DNA of 64,000 nucleotides from Hamiltosporidium tvaerminnensis FI-OER-3-3 (Eukaryota; Fungi; Microsporidia): contig CM061247.1 in assembly GCA_022605425.2 (NCBI GenBank), positions 434,001 through 498,000 on the forward strand. Direction: 5' to 3'. The notes beneath the pieces are model-generated. The model saw only the letters and a program-made list of their open reading frames with translations. It was not told where the DNA came from and ran no database searches. The stretch's first letter is position 1. Each line of letters begins with the position of its first letter. Below, in pieces: positions 59,831 to 64,000 of the stretch. Made by a program: the position numbers and the translations under genes.

Positions 59831-60931
59831 GAAAATATTTATAAAACGTTGAAAAAATATTTTAAATTGTGAAAAAAAAAATTGTTTTTTTATTTTAAAA
59901 ATTTATTTAAAACAAAAATACTTTGTCTTAAGAAGTTGAGTAATAGTAAAAAAATGGTTAAGATAAACGAATTGATTTGTATGTAATATTCTGTTTAGTA
60001 TATTCCTTATGATTTGGAAAGTGAGTTTTTATTAAAACTAAAAATTGTCCATAATAAAATAAAGCAAGAAGCTTCAATTAAGATATATCAAAGCGTTTGA
60101 CAATACATAGTCTGTGTAATTTGTTGAAAAATCTAAGTACAAGGATAGTACAATTCTATAAATATTGATTTTTTTTCTTTATACTCTTGCCTGTTTAAAA
60201 TTTTATTTTATATCTTGGACTAAACGAAAATAGTATCAAAATTTGATGTTGAAAATACTATAATCTAACATGTATTTTAATTGTATAACTCTGCGTTTAT
60301 ATTTTTAATATCTTGTTGATGAGCATCGGTTTATGGAATAGATTCTTACTTTTTTTTAGTATTAAAGTGCAATCTATAAAGTTTTAATAAACCTTTCCAT
60401 ATTTTACACTTTTTTTATTCGATTTGTTTTTAAGTTGTATTTAGCCTAAAAATTTTATTATAACACTTATTTTCTATGATATACTCTCTGTTAAATAGTT
60501 AGTGTATAATTATTGTATATTGACAGAAGATGTATTAAATACTCTAAAATAAGATATATAAATGTTATTTTATTAATATTGCACACTTTAAATAAAAGTA
60601 AATGACTTATTTTAATGGTGTGGTTATACCTTTGATAATATACAATAATTTATTAAAAAAAATTGCTAAAATATAATTAACTTTATATTTAAACTACAAC
60701 GGTTACTATCGTTTTATTTGCTAGTCTTTATTCGAATACTTTTCATTTTGTTTTATATATTTGCTAAAATACTAAATATTTTTCCAAAAATATAGAATTG
60801 CTTGGCTTAAAACATCGCTATCTTTTATAATTTAATTATTTTTTTTATTAATATTTTCTTCTTGTAAAATAACGACTTCTTTGGAACTTATCTGATAGTC
60901 TTTTTTATTTTTATTGATAAGGATATTATAT

Positions 60932-61077
60932 AGATTAGAAATTTCTAAGGAAGTGATGCAACAAGTTTTAATTCATTAAATATGATATCAAGTCTGGTTT
61001 TTTAAGATTAGAAATTTCTAAGGAAGTGATGTAACAAGTTTTAATTCATTAAATATGATATCAAGTCTGGTTTTTTT
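60932..61077. repeat. 73-bp direct duplication
   Basis: agattagaaatttctaaggaagtgatg.aacaagttttaattcattaaatatgatatcaagtctggtttttt starts at 60932 and 61005. Confidence 0.95.
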
Positions 61078-62679
61078 AAATATAATTTATTTTAACCTAT
61101 GAAACTGATTTATATCAGTTTTTTTCAAATTATTTTTTTACAGTGGTGTGAATTATTTATTTTGCACCTCTTAGGTTTATTTTTTCTTTTGAATTTATAT
61201 ATTATTTATGATACTGAATACATTGATCAGCTTTTGTTATTTTTATGTATTCTGTCATGTTTAAATGCTCATTTTTGGTTTTAAAATTAACCGAAAATTT
61301 TATTCGGAACGTAATTTAAGAAAAACAACCATATTTTGTTTAGATATGTGAATGAACGTTAAAATTTTTATTGGATTTTAATTATTATTTATAGGATATA
61401 TTAGTGTGTGAAAATTGAAAGATATAATTTAAGAATTCGATTTTTAGAGTAAAACCCAAATGAATTCACTTAAAGGGAACTTGATAATAAAAATAATTTT
61501 AAATAAATAAAAATTTGATAATTTCATTGTACAAAAATAATTTAAAAATGTGTAAATATATTGGCGGTTTGTTTAGGTTTGGTAATTAGTCAAACAAAAT
61601 CATAAATAGCAGAATATCTTTATTCTTTATTCTTTATTTTCATAAATTAGTTTTATATGACTTATGTTATCAGCTCAGTATTACAAATTTATCTTATGAA
61701 TGAAAAAAAAATATTAACATCTGAAATCAAAATCGAAGCTATCAACATATAATCTCTTATTCTACTCGAACGCTTAAAATCATTATTTGATTTTAACAAC
61801 TTGAAAATTATTGTGTAATTAATTGTATCATATAATTTATTGTCTTGTAGTAACAAGATAGAATCCAAAAGATTGTATGGTATATAATATATTTTAAATA
61901 CTTAAGCTTAATTAAAATATTGTAAATGCAAATAAATAATAAACATAAATTCATATTTACTAAAGTTATACTTATTTTGACAGCTGTATAGCAAATATTT
62001 CAAGAAAAGTGTTTGGAAATATATTTTATTTTCTTAACTCAAAAAACGATTGTACATTACCGATGTATTCTACTAATTTTCAAATAAAAGTTTCATTTAT
62101 TTTATTATATAAATAAGAATTATATCATTAAATCAGTAAAATGTAATTTATAGTCCTATATTTTAATTAAGCTAATATCTCTATGAATACAACTTATGAT
62201 CTCATCATATGAAAAGCTTGTAACTTAATCTTTTTTTCTTGACTTTAACAGAAAAAGGATCGATCCTTATTGTCTTTGCTATGATTCGATCAAATATGTT
62301 TGTGTTTTTTTATTTCTTGAAAATTTATGCTACAATTGTTTTTTTTCTATTATAACTTAGAATAAACTTTTATTTTGACTGTTTTACTATCGTTAAAGCT
62401 AAATCACGATTGGGTGATATTTATAGCTATTGCTTTTCAAGCGTTGCTCTTTTTGCTGTCAGTCCTTTTTAGGTTAAATCGTCAATTCGGAACCAAACCT
62501 CGTAATAAACTAAAATATCTGAAATATTTCAATGTTTATAATCTAGGTATCTATTTTAGTGTTTGCGGTTGTGGCCCTATAAAGCTGTATTAAGATATAC
62601 ACTAGTTTTTATTTAATATATCTACCATATTTTAAAAAATAACAGTTTTTATTTGTTTTAATTATTATACACGGCTTAA

Positions 62680-63310
62680 ACTATAACATGGATAACAGAT
62701 TCCTCGAACTCCATAAGCATTCTTTTGATAGCTAGATTCCAAATTTTTTTATCCAGAGAGAACTTAGAACTCCTTAAATAAGTGACTTGGGCCCCTAAGT
62801 TTGTTGATGTTTGTTGTTCGGGGTGTGATCGCGATCAGAAACTCTTTCTGATTCAACCAAGACAAGCAAAATGTTATTTTATCAAACTTTATGAACAGTA
62901 TAAAATTAATCCCATGATTTATTTCAGCGACTTAAAAAGGGTTCTCTTAGAAATTGCAGCCGTTCACCTATAGTAAAAGCTAGCATTCTAAGTATTATTG
63001 GATTTTCAAGGAACTTTTTGTATCTCATTGGCGATAAGTTTTTAGATCGAGTGAATAAAGCCAAGTTTTATAGCCTTAACATAGCAATTAACTCAAGTTC
63101 AGTCGTGTTTCTTAATCTAGTCACCTTAAAAATATAGAAAAACATTGCAGAAAAATCTTTACTATTTTGTAGACCTTCTCTTCATTTTGGAAATTCCCAA
63201 TTAAAGAGCGAAAATTTAATAGAGTTTTCATCTCGTAAAAAATGAAAACAAAGATCTTACATTATTTTCTTCTAATTATTGACAAGCAGATAGTTTCTAG
63301 TATAAGTATA
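62680..63310 (-). repeat. Highly diverged copy D of the ~750-bp dispersed element
   Basis: Collinear anchors to copy A: gttgatgtttgttg..gtgtgatcg, tatttcagcgactta, ggcgataagt, cgagtga and tgtagaccttctc. Confidence 0.65.
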
Positions 63311-64000
63311 ATTCCTTTTTCGCATAGTCAACAACAAAATTTAAACAATGAATCGGATTTTCTTTTCCATAAATTGGTTTGAAATTTGTAAAAATACTTG
63401 ATCATCTCGTTTAAATTGCAAAATATGTCATAAAGAACAAGGTTAAGTTGCAAGATTTTAGATATGCATGATATAATCACACAATATATATTACAGGAAA
63501 AAAGTCATAATATTTGTCTTACTATTAAACATTTATTATTACTTTTGAAGTAATATTTGACAAAAATATAATCTAAAACATATATAAATTTAGATTAAAA
63601 TACTTATAAATCATTAAAAATATTATGTTTAGTCTCAGTTATACATCCAAAACATTATAAAATTTTATATTTTACGTTTAATTAAAAATATATTTCCAAT
63701 AAATTTTAATGAATTTTCAAATCATTGAAAATTAAAAATTACGATGTTAGGGATTTCTGTGGATTTTATCAAGATTAATCTCACAAGCAAAAAAATTAGA
63801 TTTATATTAAAACGTTTTTATTTAAATATTGTCTGTACTCAAATATTTTAAATCTTTTTAGAAATTTTTACACACAATTATTTATATTTTTCTATTTATT
63901 ATAATAGGATATTTTATAGTGCAAATTTAAAACTTTATCAGCATAAATTTGCATTCATATTACGCTTATTTAATTATTTACCTTGTTTATAATTTTTTTA

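Overview
This is an AT-rich, gene-sparse, intron-poor eukaryotic window. Gene content, CCC motifs just upstream of ATGs, divergent LRR genes and QQGVNNST-type repeats point to a large-genome microsporidian, probably Hamiltosporidium-like (inference). Recognisable genes are a class I HDAC (Rpd3-like), hemolysin-III/PAQR, a signal-peptide plus HAD pyrimidine 5'-nucleotidase fusion, an LRR protein and an LRR pseudogene, Trm11, Nop56, PDI, an Rrp7-like protein, a class I cNMP phosphodiesterase and Nog2. The intergenic DNA is full of transposon relics: Merlin/ISXO2, a TIR-bounded Ginger-type integrase element, hAT, possibly MULE, four RLE-type non-LTR pieces, an RTE fragment and two RTE-derived bipartite short elements. 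Four observations stand out. (1) An unassigned non-coding element of about 750 bp occurs 6 times in 64 kb and shows signs of conserved RNA stems. (2) GGGTGTTA-then-TAACACCC foldback repeat arrays occur both intergenically and as two in-frame inserts in the HDAC. (3) NOP56 and NOG2 are both split by single frameshifts at A7 runs; in NOP56 an A_AAA_AAA heptamer leads into about 370 further open codons. (4) One gene looks like a secreted nucleotidase effector. All calls come from manual reading; no searches were run, and relic boundaries are approximate.
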